This document shows positions 10,303 to 21,141 of a stretch of 64,000 nt of DNA, in pieces. Within the stretch, counting starts at the first letter, position 1, and each line of letters starts with the position of its first letter. Where the stretch lies: NCBI GenBank assembly GCA_945883545.1, contig CAMCXT010000001.1, forward strand, positions 78,864 to 142,863. Reading direction: 5' to 3'. Position numbers and translations under genes: made by a program. The notes below the pieces were generated by a model. That model saw only the letters and a list, made by a program, of their open reading frames with translations. It searched no databases and had not been told where the DNA came from. This DNA comes from Chitinophaga pinensis (GTDB taxonomy: Bacteria; Bacteroidota; Bacteroidia; M30B66).

Positions 10303-10434
10303 TCCGTCTATCGGATTTCTTAGAGTTCGGATTACTGACTACTCAGTTCTGACATTTACCTTTGAAGGCTGGAGCCATTGGCTCGCGGCCTCATTGGTTT
10401 TGTGTTTATCCGGATTCCTTATACAAAGAAGTTT

Positions 10435-11985
10435 GTGAACAAGGAACTTGTCATCACTGCTACAGGCAGCGAAGTTGTTATTGCACAACTTGAAGACCGC
10501 AGACTTACCGACCTGAACCGCGAAAAAAGCAACAATAACTTTGCCGTAGGGGATATTTATTTAGGTCGTGTAAAGAAAGTTATGCCTGGTCTTAACGCTG
10601 CTTTCGTGGACGTTGGATATGAGAAAGATGCATTTCTGCATTACCTCGATCTAGGTCCGCAGGTCCAGTCATTGCTGAAATTCATTCAACAAGGACAGGC
10701 CAACAAGCTTGCTAACTCATCGCTGGCCGATTTTACCAACGAGGCGGATATTCGTAAAGACGGAAAAATTTCAAACGTCTTATCGAACAATACAAATATC
10801 CTCGTGCAAATTGCAAAAGAGCCGATTTCAACCAAAGGCCCTCGGATTAGTTCCGAACTTTCGTTGGCAGGTCGGTATCTTGTACTTGTTCCCTTTTCCG
10901 ATAAAGTCTCGGTCTCGCAAAAGATCAAGGATTCGGAAGAGAAAAATCGTCTTAAGCGCCTCATTCAAAGCATTCGTCCTAAAGGGTTCGGTGTAATTAT
11001 TCGCACTGTTGCAGCCAATAAAAAGGTTGCCGAGCTCGACCAAGATTTGAACGAACTCGTGCAACGTTGGCAGCAGTTGGTAGAGAATTTACCTACTGCT
11101 CAACCAAAATCAAAAGTGCTCGGAGAAATCCGCAGAACTTCTGCATTGTTGCGCGATGTGCTCAACGATTCATATCAAAGTATTACGGTTGATGACCAAT
11201 CGATCTACAACGAAGTGCGCAGCTATATTTCGCACATTGCTCCCGACAAAGAGAAGATCGTAAAACTCTACAAAGGCAAAGAATCTGTTTTTGAAGAATT
11301 TGGGATCGACCGTCAGATCAAAGCTGCTTTTGGGCAAAATGTTAGCCTAAAAAGTGGCGCTTATCTGATCGTTCAGCACACCGAAGCGATGCACGTGATC
11401 GACGTGAACAGTGGCCACCGAAATCGTTCCGATAACGACCAAGAAACCAATGCGCTCGATACAAACCTCGAGGCTGCGGTAGAAATCAGTCGACAACTGC
11501 GTCTTCGCGACATGGGTGGAATCATCGTGATCGACTTTATCGACATGCATTCTCCGATCAACCGGAAACTTCTGTTCGATAAATTGAGGGAAGCCATGTC
11601 GCAAGACCGGGCTAAACACACCATTTTGCCGCCAAGTAAATTTGGACTTATCCAGATTACTCGTCAAAGGGTTCGCCCTGAAATGGTGATCGAGACCCTA
11701 GAAAAGTGCCCATCTTGCAATGGTACTGGTGAAGTACAATCTTCGATGCTCATTACCGACGATATCGAAAACAACCTTCGTTACATCGTTACAGAGCAAA
11801 ACCAAAAAGGAGTGAAGCTTTGGGTGAATCCTTACCTAGAAGCTTTCATCAAGAAAGGGTTTCCTTCGATGCAAATGCGCTGGTTTTTGAAATACAAAAT
11901 TTGGGTGAACGTGAAAGCTGTGCCTTCTTACCACTTCCTTGAGTACCATTTTCTGAATAATCAGGAAGAAGAAATCAAATTGTAA
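10435..11985 (+). CDS. rng: Ribonuclease G/E family (Rng/CafA)
   Basis: S1 domain followed by an RNase E/G catalytic core. 'VNKELVI...GDIYLGRVKKVMPGLNAAFVDVG' aligns with the E. coli RNase G N-terminus. The start is probably GTG at 10435, whereas the ORF track begins at TTG 10378. Confidence 0.8.
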   Translation: MNKELVITATGSEVVIAQLEDRRLTDLNREKSNNNFAVGDIYLGRVKKVMPGLNAAFVDVGYEKDAFLHYLDLGPQVQSLLKFIQQGQANKLANSSLADFTNEADIRKDGKISNVLSNNTNILVQIAKEPISTKGPRISSELSLAGRYLVLVPFSDKVSVSQKIKDSEEKNRLKRLIQSIRPKGFGVIIRTVAANKKVAELDQDLNELVQRWQQLVENLPTAQPKSKVLGEIRRTSALLRDVLNDSYQSITVDDQSIYNEVRSYISHIAPDKEKIVKLYKGKESVFEEFGIDRQIKAAFGQNVSLKSGAYLIVQHTEAMHVIDVNSGHRNRSDNDQETNALDTNLEAAVEISRQLRLRDMGGIIVIDFIDMHSPINRKLLFDKLREAMSQDRAKHTILPPSKFGLIQITRQRVRPEMVIETLEKCPSCNGTGEVQSSMLITDDIENNLRYIVTEQNQKGVKLWVNPYLEAFIKKGFPSMQMRWFLKYKIWVNVKAVPSYHFLEYHFLNNQEEEIKL

Positions 11986-12011
11986 CGATGGGGAAATCTT
12001 TTCCTTATCTT

Positions 12012-12064
12012 AAACCGGTGAAACGTAAGGCAGTCAAGTGCTGCGATTCACCGGTTTTTATTAC
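12012..12064 (+). terminator. Rho-independent terminator downstream of rng
   Basis: An 11-bp stem 'aaaccggtgaa/ttcaccggttt' is followed by a T-rich run, 27 nt after the rng stop. Confidence 0.55.
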
Positions 12065-12103
12065 TCTATCAACACTTTCAATCCGCGGAATTCTTCAGAT
12101 ATT

Positions 12104-14509
12104 ATGATTTGGACTGCTCTTTCGAGGTGGATTCTGCGTTTTAGGTTACCCATTTTGTTGGTTATTGCTGCCATTACGGTGGTGATGGGTTATTATGCTT
12201 CGAAAGCAGAGATGACCTACACAATGGCTCAGATTCTTCCTACGGATGATCCGGAGTATATTGCTTATCAGGACTTTAACAAGCGTTTTGGGCAGGATGC
12301 CAACATCATGGTGATTGGTTTCGAAACCGATAGCCTTTTTGAGCTGCCTGTTTTTCGCGATTGGATGAATACAGGGCAAGAGCTTCGAAAGATTGAAGCG
12401 GTGAAGAACGTTCTTTCAGTTGCGGGCATTTACAACCTCACCCGAAACGATTCAACGCAAAAGTTCGATGTAGCTCCGTTGATCAGCCAAATTCCCGAAT
12501 CTCAGGCTGAGCTGGACAGTCTGAAAAACATCATTTTATCGCTTCCATTTTATCGTGAATTGCTCATAGCTCCTTCCGGTAATGGTCGATATGCGACCTT
12601 GATGCTCGTTACACTTGATCAAGAGAGCATCGACCGGAAAGACCGAAAAGAACTGATTGAACATATCGCTGAAATCGGCGACTCGTTTGGCAAAAAACAC
12701 GATTTGGTGATCCATTATTCGGGTTTACCACATATCCGAACGCTCAACTCTTTGAAACTTCGAGATGAATTGGTGATGTTCCTCTGGATGTCGCTTCTCA
12801 TTACCGCCATTGTGCTTTACATCTTCTTTAAGTCGGTGAAGGCCATTGTATTCCCGATGCTGGTTGTAGCGCTCAGTGTTGTTTGGTGCGTGGGAACCTT
12901 GTCGATGTTAGGATATAAAATCACCATCCTAACAGCTTTGATTCCTCCGCTGATCGTGATTATCGGGATACCTAATTGTATTTTCCTCACCAACAATTTC
13001 CACCGCGAGTACAAAGGCCATGGCAACAAAATCAAGGCGATTTCTCGGGTGTTACAACGAATTGGAAATGCGACATTCCTCACCAACTTCAACACTGCAC
13101 TGGGCTTTGTAACCTTCGCGTTTACCGACAGTGAATTGCTTCAAAGTTTTGGTGTTCTCTCTTCAATCAATGTGATGCAAGTGTTCTTCCTAAGCATCAC
13201 TGTATTGCCGATTTTCTATTCCTATATCCAGCCTCCAAAGCCTAAGCAAACCAAGCATCTCGACAACAAACGGATGCAAGTGGTGGTGGATTGGCTCATC
13301 AACATGGTCACACACCGCCGCAAACTAATTTACATCCTTACGGCTGTGATTGTTGGTGTGAGTATTTGGGGGATGACGAAAATCAGAACCACTGGGAATT
13401 TCACCGACGATATTCCAGATTCGGACAAGATGATTGTGGATCTTAAGTTTTTCGAGACGCATTTTCATGGTGTGATGCCTTTCGAAATTACGATCGACAC
13501 CAGGAAAAAGAACGGAGTGATGAAGCTTTCGACCTTGAAAAAAATCGAGCAGCTTCAGCAGGAACTTCGCAAATATCCCGAGTTTGCTCGTCCGCTTTCG
13601 ATCGTGGAAGTGATCAAGTTTTCGAAGCAGGCTTTTTATGGAGGCGATTCAACAGAGTACAAATTGCCAAACAGTGAAGAGATTGCGTTTTTGCTTCCAT
13701 ATGCGCAGAATACCAATCTGAAATCTTCCACTACAGCTTCCTTCCTCGATAGTAACAAGCAGGTAACCCGCATCAGTGTTCAGATGGCTGATATCGGTAC
13801 AACCGAGATGGAAAAGATTTCTAACGAGATTCGTCCCAAGGTGGATTCCTTATTCCCTGCCGATAAATTCGATGTGAATTTCACAGGAACGAGCATTATC
13901 TTTCTAAAGGGAACCGATTACTTGATCGAAAACCTGCTGTTGAGCTTATTGGCAGCAATTATTTTGATTTCGGGACTGATGTATTTCATGTTCTATTCGT
14001 TCAAGATGCTTTTGATTTCTGCAATTCCGAACGTGATCCCTTTGCTGTTTACTGCAGGTTTAATGGGATTCTATGGAATTTCATTGAAGTCATCCACTAT
14101 CTTGGTTTTCAATATTGCTTACGGAATCACAGTTGATAGTGCGATTCACTTCTTTTCGCGCTATGGTCTAGACCTGAAAGCTCATGGGAATAAAATCCGC
14201 CCAGCCGTTTTCGATGCTATGAAGGATACATCTATCAGCATCATCTATACCTCAATTATTTTGTTGCTGGGCTTCTGTATTTTCATCTTCTCCAGTTTTG
14301 GAGGAACGATTGCTTTGGGATTCCTGATTTCTGTTACTATTTTCGTCGGACTGTTTACCAATCTATTGTTGCTTCCAACATTGCTACTTTCTATGGATAG
14401 AGCGTTCACCATAAAGGCTTACAAAGAGCCACTGATCATGGTATTTGATGAGGAAGAAGACATTGAATTGGATCATCTGACTATCCGCAAGGATGAAAAC
14501 GAAAACTAA
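12104..14509 (+). CDS. MMPL/RND-superfamily exporter (COG1033-like, two 6-TM bundles)
   Basis: About 800 aa with two blocks of ~6 TM helices separated by large loops, typical of MMPL/HpnN-like exporters. Start placed at ATG 12104; the track ORF starts at 12038. Confidence 0.65.
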   Translation: MIWTALSRWILRFRLPILLVIAAITVVMGYYASKAEMTYTMAQILPTDDPEYIAYQDFNKRFGQDANIMVIGFETDSLFELPVFRDWMNTGQELRKIEAVKNVLSVAGIYNLTRNDSTQKFDVAPLISQIPESQAELDSLKNIILSLPFYRELLIAPSGNGRYATLMLVTLDQESIDRKDRKELIEHIAEIGDSFGKKHDLVIHYSGLPHIRTLNSLKLRDELVMFLWMSLLITAIVLYIFFKSVKAIVFPMLVVALSVVWCVGTLSMLGYKITILTALIPPLIVIIGIPNCIFLTNNFHREYKGHGNKIKAISRVLQRIGNATFLTNFNTALGFVTFAFTDSELLQSFGVLSSINVMQVFFLSITVLPIFYSYIQPPKPKQTKHLDNKRMQVVVDWLINMVTHRRKLIYILTAVIVGVSIWGMTKIRTTGNFTDDIPDSDKMIVDLKFFETHFHGVMPFEITIDTRKKNGVMKLSTLKKIEQLQQELRKYPEFARPLSIVEVIKFSKQAFYGGDSTEYKLPNSEEIAFLLPYAQNTNLKSSTTASFLDSNKQVTRISVQMADIGTTEMEKISNEIRPKVDSLFPADKFDVNFTGTSIIFLKGTDYLIENLLLSLLAAIILISGLMYFMFYSFKMLLISAIPNVIPLLFTAGLMGFYGISLKSSTILVFNIAYGITVDSAIHFFSRYGLDLKAHGNKIRPAVFDAMKDTSISIIYTSIILLLGFCIFIFSSFGGTIALGFLISVTIFVGLFTNLLLLPTLLLSMDRAFTIKAYKEPLIMVFDEEEDIELDHLTIRKDENEN

Positions 14510-15377
14510 CGTGAAAGGAATCATTCTCGCCGGAGGATCCGGTACTCGATTGCATCCGCTAACTCTCGCAGTGAGCAAACAGCTGATGCCAGTATATGAT
14601 AAACCAATGATTTACTATCCGCTGTCGACGCTCATGTTGGCGGGGATTCGTGAAATACTTATTATTTCTACACCGCACGATTTACCGCACTTCAAGAAAT
14701 TGTTGGGCGATGGAAAATCGTTGGGGATGGATATCAGTTATGCTGAACAAGCTGTTCCAAACGGACTTGCACAAGCATTTGTGATTGGTGCTGATTTCAT
14801 CGGAAACGATAAATGTGCGCTCGTTCTGGGCGATAACATATTCTATGGTGCGGGCATGTCGCGCTTGTTGCAAAGCATCAACGATCCTGATGGCGGTGTG
14901 GTATTCGCTTATCATGTTTCAGATCCGGAACGCTATGGTGTTGTGGAGTTTAACGATCAACAGCAAGCCATTTCTATCGAAGAAAAACCTGCACAGCCGA
15001 AGTCGAATTTCGCAGTTCCTGGTTTGTATTTCTACGACAACTCGGTGGTTGAAATTGCCCGAAACTTGGAGCCTTCTGCCCGAGGAGAATACGAAATTAC
15101 CGATGTGAATAAGCATTATTTGAAAGCCGGTAAACTTAAGGTGGGCGTACTCGATCGCGGCACAGCTTGGCTTGATACAGGCACCTTCGATTCGTTGATG
15201 CAAGCTGGTCAGTTTGTTCAAGTAATTGAGCAACGTCAAGGCTTGAAAATTGGCTGTATCGAAGAAGTAGCTTGGAGAATGAAATTCATCAACGACGCCC
15301 AATTGGATGCGCTCGCTCAACCATTACGCAAAAGCGGATATGGCGATTACTTGATAAACCTCTTGAAAGGAAGATGA
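14493..15377 (+). CDS. rmlA: Glucose-1-phosphate thymidylyltransferase
   Basis: '[51 protein letters not shown]' is near-identical to the RmlA signature. The gene overlaps the upstream stop by 17 nt. Confidence 0.9.
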   Translation: MKTKTNVKGIILAGGSGTRLHPLTLAVSKQLMPVYDKPMIYYPLSTLMLAGIREILIISTPHDLPHFKKLLGDGKSLGMDISYAEQAVPNGLAQAFVIGADFIGNDKCALVLGDNIFYGAGMSRLLQSINDPDGGVVFAYHVSDPERYGVVEFNDQQQAISIEEKPAQPKSNFAVPGLYFYDNSVVEIARNLEPSARGEYEITDVNKHYLKAGKLKVGVLDRGTAWLDTGTFDSLMQAGQFVQVIEQRQGLKIGCIEEVAWRMKFINDAQLDALAQPLRKSGYGDYLINLLKGR

Positions 15378-16309
15378 CACGTATACTCATTACCGGTGGA
15401 GCCGGATTTGTTGGAAGCTGTTTGGCTGATAAACTAGCGGAAAACCCAGAAAACATGATTGTGGTGGTGGATAATCTCCGCACTGGAGAAATTGTTAAAG
15501 TGCCAAACTCACGTCATAACAATGTTCATTTTATTAAATGCGATACCAACGATTACGCTGATATTTCGGCCGTTTTCTTCGCATGGAAATTCGACTTTGT
15601 TTTTCATTACGCCGCACTCGTTGGCGTTTTGAGAACCTTGCAAAATCCGGTCGCAGTACTCGACGATATTGCTGGAATAGAAAATGTGCTGAAGCTTTCT
15701 AAAAACACGGGTGTGAAACGCGTGTACTTCTCATCTTCATCGGAAGTTTACGGAGAGCCAGTAGAATTTCCTCAGAATGAGCACACTACGCCACTCAATT
15801 CGAGATTGCCTTATGCCATCGTGAAAAATGTTGGTGAAGCTTATCTGCGTTCATATCAAAAGGAATTTGGATTGGAATACACTATTTTCAGGTTCTTCAA
15901 CACTTTCGGACCAAAGCAAAGCCGCGATTTCGTGATTTCGAAATTCTTCCGCATGGCAACACAAAATGAGCCTATCACCATTTATGGAGATGGGTCTCAA
16001 ACGCGCACTTTCTGTTACATCGACGACAATGTGGAGGCTTGCACACAAGCATTTTACCGCAACGAATATGTGAATGATGTAGTGAACGTTGGTGGAACCA
16101 TCGAAATTCCAATCCTTCAGGTTGCAGAAACAATCATTCGTGTGGTTGGTTCCAAATCGGAAATCCGATTCCTCGATCCATTGGAAGAAGGCGATATGAC
16201 ACGTAGAAAACCAGACACCACCAAAATGATGAAACTGATGAATCGTCCTTTGGTGACATTTGAAGAAGGATTACAACGAATCGTTCAAAATACCAGCTAT
16301 ATTCTTTGA
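15374..16309 (+). CDS. NAD-dependent epimerase/dehydratase, UDP-glucuronate decarboxylase (UXS)-like
   Basis: '[12 protein letters not shown]' Rossmann motif, 'SSSEVYG', 'YxxxK' and 'FNTFGP' resemble UXS/ArnA-type decarboxylases. Start set to ATG 15374. Confidence 0.7.
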   Translation: MTRILITGGAGFVGSCLADKLAENPENMIVVVDNLRTGEIVKVPNSRHNNVHFIKCDTNDYADISAVFFAWKFDFVFHYAALVGVLRTLQNPVAVLDDIAGIENVLKLSKNTGVKRVYFSSSSEVYGEPVEFPQNEHTTPLNSRLPYAIVKNVGEAYLRSYQKEFGLEYTIFRFFNTFGPKQSRDFVISKFFRMATQNEPITIYGDGSQTRTFCYIDDNVEACTQAFYRNEYVNDVVNVGGTIEIPILQVAETIIRVVGSKSEIRFLDPLEEGDMTRRKPDTTKMMKLMNRPLVTFEEGLQRIVQNTSYIL

Positions 16310-17283
16310 GCCAAGAAATAAAAGCGTTACAAGAGAAAATTGCCAATTCTGTTGCTGCACTTGAATTTCCTCAGCAGCCGGCAGATCTTTACGATCCTAT
16401 TCGATACACACTCGAACTAGGTGGCAAACGCATGCGTCCTGCACTTGTGCTGATGGGATGTTCGCTTTTCAGCCGTGACCTCGAAGCTGCAGTGAAACCC
16501 GCATTGGGCGTTGAAATGTTTCACAATTTCACCTTGCTGCACGACGACATCATGGACAATGCTCCCTTGCGGAGAAACAAGCCTACCGTGTTTTCGAAAT
16601 GGAATACCAATGTTGCCATCCTTTCGGGAGATGTAATGTTTGCTGAGTCGTTTCGATTGATTTCAGATGCTCCAGCCCCTGTATTGAAACCTGTTATCGA
16701 TGTGTTTCTGAAAGCTGCCATCGAAGTGTGCGAAGGACAACAATGGGATATGGATTTCGAATCGCGCAGCAATGTGAGCATTCCGGAGTATCTCAATATG
16801 ATTCGTTTCAAAACAGCCGTATTGTTAGGAGCTTCGTTGCAGATTGGCGCTTTGTGCGGAGGTGCTAACCCGAAAGACGCTCAATTGCTTTATGATTTTG
16901 GTTGCGCCTTGGGCGTGGCATTTCAAATTCAAGATGATGTTTTGGATGTTTATGGCGACCCTGATAAATTTGGTAAGCAGGTAGGTGGCGATATTATATC
17001 GAACAAGAAAACTTGGTTGAAACTTCGTGCTCTCGAAAAAGCGAACGAAGCACAACTTGCTGAATTAACCAACTATTACAGCGGCGAAGCTTTCGATCCA
17101 ATTGAAAAGGTAAATGCCGTTCGGGCAATTTTCGACGCGAATGATGTGAAAACTGAAGCAGAAACACTCATGCAGCAATATTTGCATGAAGCACTCGACT
17201 CGTTAGAAAATGTAAATGCATCAGCATCAGTGAAAGCGCTCTTAGAAGGATTCGCTCGTGAACTGATGCAACGTCAATTCTAA
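16306..17283 (+). CDS. Polyprenyl diphosphate synthase (trans-isoprenyl diphosphate synthase family)
   Basis: FARM 'LLHDDIMDN' and SARM 'FQIQDDVLD' aspartate-rich motifs are present. The ORF begins at TTG and overlaps the upstream stop. Confidence 0.8.
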   Translation: MSQEIKALQEKIANSVAALEFPQQPADLYDPIRYTLELGGKRMRPALVLMGCSLFSRDLEAAVKPALGVEMFHNFTLLHDDIMDNAPLRRNKPTVFSKWNTNVAILSGDVMFAESFRLISDAPAPVLKPVIDVFLKAAIEVCEGQQWDMDFESRSNVSIPEYLNMIRFKTAVLLGASLQIGALCGGANPKDAQLLYDFGCALGVAFQIQDDVLDVYGDPDKFGKQVGGDIISNKKTWLKLRALEKANEAQLAELTNYYSGEAFDPIEKVNAVRAIFDANDVKTEAETLMQQYLHEALDSLENVNASASVKALLEGFARELMQRQF

Positions 17284-17287
17284 AGCA

Positions 17288-18304
17288 TCAGGCCCAAACT
17301 TTGGTGCCTTCAGTACAATTTTTACAAATGTCGATTTCTTGTCGGTTGCTTAAAACTGAACGGCGGAAACGATCGTACTCGGCGCTTTTCCAAACAGCTT
17401 TAAAATCATCAATTCCAGCATTTCCCAAAGTATGAAGTGCGTCTTTGTCGAAACAGCAAGGAACCACTTTACCGTCCCAAGTAATCACGCAACCTTGCCA
17501 CATCCTCCAGCAATGGTTTTCCATTTTATTTTTCAGCCTCCACTTGCCATCTAAACCTTTTCTGTAACGCGAATATTTTTCGTTATCAGGAATCAATGGA
17601 TGACCATTTTCGAAATCGTACACTTGGGCTGTTTTGAAACGCACTTCATCCACCCCTAATTCTTTGGCCAATTGAAGTACTTCATCGGTTTGGTGTTCGT
17701 TAGGCTTAACCACCAGAAACTGAAAGATCACATGTGGTGTTCGACTTTTCAGACGTTTACGTGCTGCAAGGATTTCCTTAGTGCCTTGGATGACCTTGTC
17801 TAGTTTTCCACCTTTGCGGTACTGCTGATAGGTTTCTTGCGAGGTTCCATCGATCGAAATGATGAGGCGATGAAGCCCTGAGCGCACCGTTTTTTCGGCA
17901 TTTTCGGTGTTGAGGTAATGTGCATTGGTCGATGTAGCTGTATATATCCCGCGTTGAGCGGCGAAACCAATCATTTCATGAAGATCGGTATTGAGAAACG
18001 GCTCGCCTTGGAAGTAAAAGTTGATCGAAGCCAAACCTGGCCGAAGTTCGGTAACCAGCGATTTGAAAAAAGTGGGTTCCATCATACCGGTTGGCCGGCT
18101 AAAAGCGCGCAATCCGCTGGGGCATTCTGGGCATCGAAGATTACAAGAAGTCGTGGGCTCAACAGAAATATTGAGCGGCATTCCACGATGCATAACCTTT
18201 CCTCGCCATCTCGAAAGATAGAAAGAAGCAGATAGTCGCATCAGGTTTAACGCCAAAGGCCACCTGAAAAGACGCAACATTTTTAGCCTGTCGTGCAGCA
18301 ACAT
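17288..18304 (-). CDS. Radical SAM protein with C-terminal SPASM/twitch-like Cys-rich domain
   Basis: 'SCNLRCPECPSG' is a CxxxCxxC-type cluster. Additional C-terminal cysteines are 'CWRMWQGCVITWDGKVVPCCFD' and 'CKNC'. Confidence 0.7.
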   Translation of the reverse strand: MLLHDRLKMLRLFRWPLALNLMRLSASFYLSRWRGKVMHRGMPLNISVEPTTSCNLRCPECPSGLRAFSRPTGMMEPTFFKSLVTELRPGLASINFYFQGEPFLNTDLHEMIGFAAQRGIYTATSTNAHYLNTENAEKTVRSGLHRLIISIDGTSQETYQQYRKGGKLDKVIQGTKEILAARKRLKSRTPHVIFQFLVVKPNEHQTDEVLQLAKELGVDEVRFKTAQVYDFENGHPLIPDNEKYSRYRKGLDGKWRLKNKMENHCWRMWQGCVITWDGKVVPCCFDKDALHTLGNAGIDDFKAVWKSAEYDRFRRSVLSNRQEIDICKNCTEGTKVWA

Positions 18305-18392
18305 TTAAGTTTATGAATCTATTGTTCAAAATTCGATCAATCTGAACAACTTTTTACAAGCTTTCGTTCTATTTTTGGATCAATCTTAACTT

Positions 18393-19232
18393 ATGAAAAA
18401 ACTTATACCATTTTCAATTGCATGTTTAGTTATCGCTATAGCGGGAATTATGAATGCTCCAAACACTCACTCTCGTCCAGAAGGCGCACCAGCTTTGGCT
18501 TCTGGCGCACCAGCCGACAATAACCGCACTTGCGCTACTTCTGGTTGTCACAGCGGAACTGCATCAGACCGCGATGGTTTGATTACTTCCAATGTGCCTT
18601 CAACTGGTTACATCCCTGGCGAAACCTATACAATGACTGTTTCAATTACTGAAGCGGGCATTTCAAAATGGGGCTTTCAAGCGACAGCACAAAACAGCAA
18701 TGGTGATTTGCAAGGTACTTATACACTTACCAATGCTGCCCAAACCCGTTTAGCAGCTGGAACAAATGGAGCTAAGTATGTAACCCATACAACTGCTGGA
18801 AACAGTGGCTCAACTGGTAGCAAAACTTGGTCGTTCGATTGGACGGCTCCAGCGGCTGGAACTGGAACAGTGAATTTCTATACCGCAGCAATGGCATCCA
18901 ACAACAACGGTGGTACTGCTGGTGATTTGGTGTATAAAGATCAATTGGCATTGGAAGAAGATTTAACAACTTCGGCAGCTTCGACGAATGCAGCATTGTC
19001 TTTCAATGTATTTCCAAACCCAACAGCTGGTCAGGAAATTGTAATCACTACTTCAAAGTCATCTCAAGCTTCTCGTTTGGTGATTTACAACGCACTTGGT
19101 GGCATCGTGAAAAGCGAAAATTTTGCTGCAGGTCAGCACAAAGTGGATGTGTCGAAAATCCCTGCAGGCTTGTATTTCATATGGCTTGATCAAGCTGGTG
19201 AAAAATCAATGAAGCGTTTCATTAAGCAGTAA
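18393..19232 (+). CDS. Secreted Reeler-domain-like protein with T9SS type-A C-terminal sorting domain
   Basis: Signal peptide. 'SGAPA...TCATSGCHSG' and 'WGFQATAQ' resemble the Reeler domain. The C-terminal ~80 aa 'FNVFPNPTAGQ...IWLD' is a Por-secretion-tail-type CTD. Confidence 0.6.
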   Translation: MKKLIPFSIACLVIAIAGIMNAPNTHSRPEGAPALASGAPADNNRTCATSGCHSGTASDRDGLITSNVPSTGYIPGETYTMTVSITEAGISKWGFQATAQNSNGDLQGTYTLTNAAQTRLAAGTNGAKYVTHTTAGNSGSTGSKTWSFDWTAPAAGTGTVNFYTAAMASNNNGGTAGDLVYKDQLALEEDLTTSAASTNAALSFNVFPNPTAGQEIVITTSKSSQASRLVIYNALGGIVKSENFAAGQHKVDVSKIPAGLYFIWLDQAGEKSMKRFIKQ

Positions 19233-19253
19233 ACATTTCTTTTTACATATTTG

Positions 19254-19290
19254 AAGCCGTTCCTAAACAAAGGGGCGGCTTTTTCTTTTT
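19254..19290 (+). terminator. Putative rho-independent terminator
   Basis: Stem 'aagccg...cggctt' followed by a T-run just after the stop at 19232. Confidence 0.45.
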
Positions 19291-19351
19291 CATGGAAGCA
19301 ATATTTAATGTGATTCCGCATTTCTTTAATTTGCATTCAATCTGAAGCGTT

Positions 19352-19942
19352 ATGATTTCGCAAGTTTTTCAATACATCCGCAATCAGTTCAAACCTAAGC
19401 TGAAAAGCTCGGTTGGACTAGAAACGGAAATGCTTGTGCGAAATCACCAAGAGAAACAGCAATACCGCGATTGGATCCAAAAAGGGAACCACCAAGAATT
19501 GCTCAAAAATATTTACACGTCATTCACGCTGAGCAAGTTGTCGGTAAAGGGCGATTTGCCATTGACGTATTTTCAAGGCAAAGACCGATCTCAGATTTTA
19601 CTTCATTATATCGATCCGATGGGGAAAACCGTGTTCCCATTGTTGCAGGATTATTTTAGAGATCGGATTGTTCGCGTTGGATACCAAGTGTTTTTAAGTG
19701 AACGTCAAACTGTTGAAAGGATGGGTTATTTGAGTGGTGTTGAACGACATTTGCTTCGTCCACAAGTACCACCGTTTAGTATAAGCGACAAGCCTGAACA
19801 GCTATATGGAAACATTGAAATTGCTGTGCATTATGCCGATGATCGGCCACTATATTTAAGCATTGTTGCAGAAAAACTAAATGAACAAACCCACAATAAG
19901 CAATACCCTTTCGATGAATTGGCGGAGATCCTTTTTATCTGA
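19352..19942 (+). CDS. Hypothetical protein
   Basis: 196-aa ORF with no recognisable motifs. Confidence 0.4.
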   Translation: MISQVFQYIRNQFKPKLKSSVGLETEMLVRNHQEKQQYRDWIQKGNHQELLKNIYTSFTLSKLSVKGDLPLTYFQGKDRSQILLHYIDPMGKTVFPLLQDYFRDRIVRVGYQVFLSERQTVERMGYLSGVERHLLRPQVPPFSISDKPEQLYGNIEIAVHYADDRPLYLSIVAEKLNEQTHNKQYPFDELAEILFI

Positions 19943-21083
19943 TCGCCTGTTTTGGGTATTTCTGCTAATTGGAAGTTTTCAAGTTTCAGCACAGCCCTTT
20001 ATTCCAGGTTATATATTAAGTCTTGAGGGAAAAGCGGAGATTAAAATTCCAGATGGCGACTGTTATTCGCTCTTTCAAAACTGGAACACAGATGAAGTTG
20101 AATTGCCTGATTTGTCTGACGGAATTCCCGATGATTCGCTTTTAGCAACCAGTTGGGAATATGATCAGTTGCTGGGCATGGAAACCAACCAACCATTCAA
20201 CACATTTTTGCCTGGGTTTGGAAAATCAAGCGCCCTGTTTAATCCAAGTATTTTTGCAAATCTTCTTTGGTTCGACCCGTCATACAAACCTTCAGCCCGC
20301 TGGGATACAACATATTACACAACCACAAGCTATTCATGCAATGGAGGTATGTGGATGTACAACCATTGCAACGCCATTCATTACAACGATAAGAACGTTC
20401 CCGATTCGATGATCAATTTTCGAATGGTTAATATCGAAGATAAGCAGAAGTTTATCCCTGAAGCGGGATTCAGCATGAAGAGCAACAAGAAGGGTTTGGT
20501 TGAAAGAATCAGGGTTTCGGACTTTTTGCCTGACGACGATAAGTATGTTTCCTATTTCGCAGGCAGAATCGATTTCGAGTACAACCGAAAAGGGAAGCTT
20601 ATTCGAATAGTCTCCTCCAACACACCAGAACCTCCGAAAATTGAGCCCGATTGGATGTTAAGCCAGATGCGAAAAGTGCATCAAGATCCACTTCAAAATG
20701 TGGCTTTCGATTCGCTCAACCTTTCTTTAAAATCAGATAATCGGAGAGACGGAATTACGAGTTGGATGGAGTTTATTTACGAGGACGATCGCTTTGTCGA
20801 AGGCTGGAGTTTCACCGATATGTATTCTCAAGTTTATAGCGTGAAAGCCGAATACACCAACAATTTGCTTTCGAAGTTTACCACTTTCAGCACTCCAATC
20901 AATTTCACGAAAAGCCATTTCAGCTACAATAGCCAGAATAAGCTAAAAGGAATCACGGTGGAGTCGCAGTTTGGTGACGCCCATGACCTCACAAATTACA
21001 ACCCTGTGGATGCCCAGTTCGTGTACAACCAAAAGGGGGAGTTGTGTGGGTTTCAAAGTAAGGCCTCTGTAACCCTGGATTAA
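19914..21083 (+). CDS. Hypothetical secreted protein
   Basis: Start moved to the internal Met, giving the signal-peptide-like N-terminus 'MNWRRSF..FWVFLLIGSFQVSAQ'. No recognisable domain. Confidence 0.45.
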   Translation: MNWRRSFLSDRLFWVFLLIGSFQVSAQPFIPGYILSLEGKAEIKIPDGDCYSLFQNWNTDEVELPDLSDGIPDDSLLATSWEYDQLLGMETNQPFNTFLPGFGKSSALFNPSIFANLLWFDPSYKPSARWDTTYYTTTSYSCNGGMWMYNHCNAIHYNDKNVPDSMINFRMVNIEDKQKFIPEAGFSMKSNKKGLVERIRVSDFLPDDDKYVSYFAGRIDFEYNRKGKLIRIVSSNTPEPPKIEPDWMLSQMRKVHQDPLQNVAFDSLNLSLKSDNRRDGITSWMEFIYEDDRFVEGWSFTDMYSQVYSVKAEYTNNLLSKFTTFSTPINFTKSHFSYNSQNKLKGITVESQFGDAHDLTNYNPVDAQFVYNQKGELCGFQSKASVTLD

Positions 21084-21141
21084 AATCCAGGGATGCGGGG
21101 AATAACCTCGATTTCATGCCAACTCTTGCTCTTCCAAAGCT

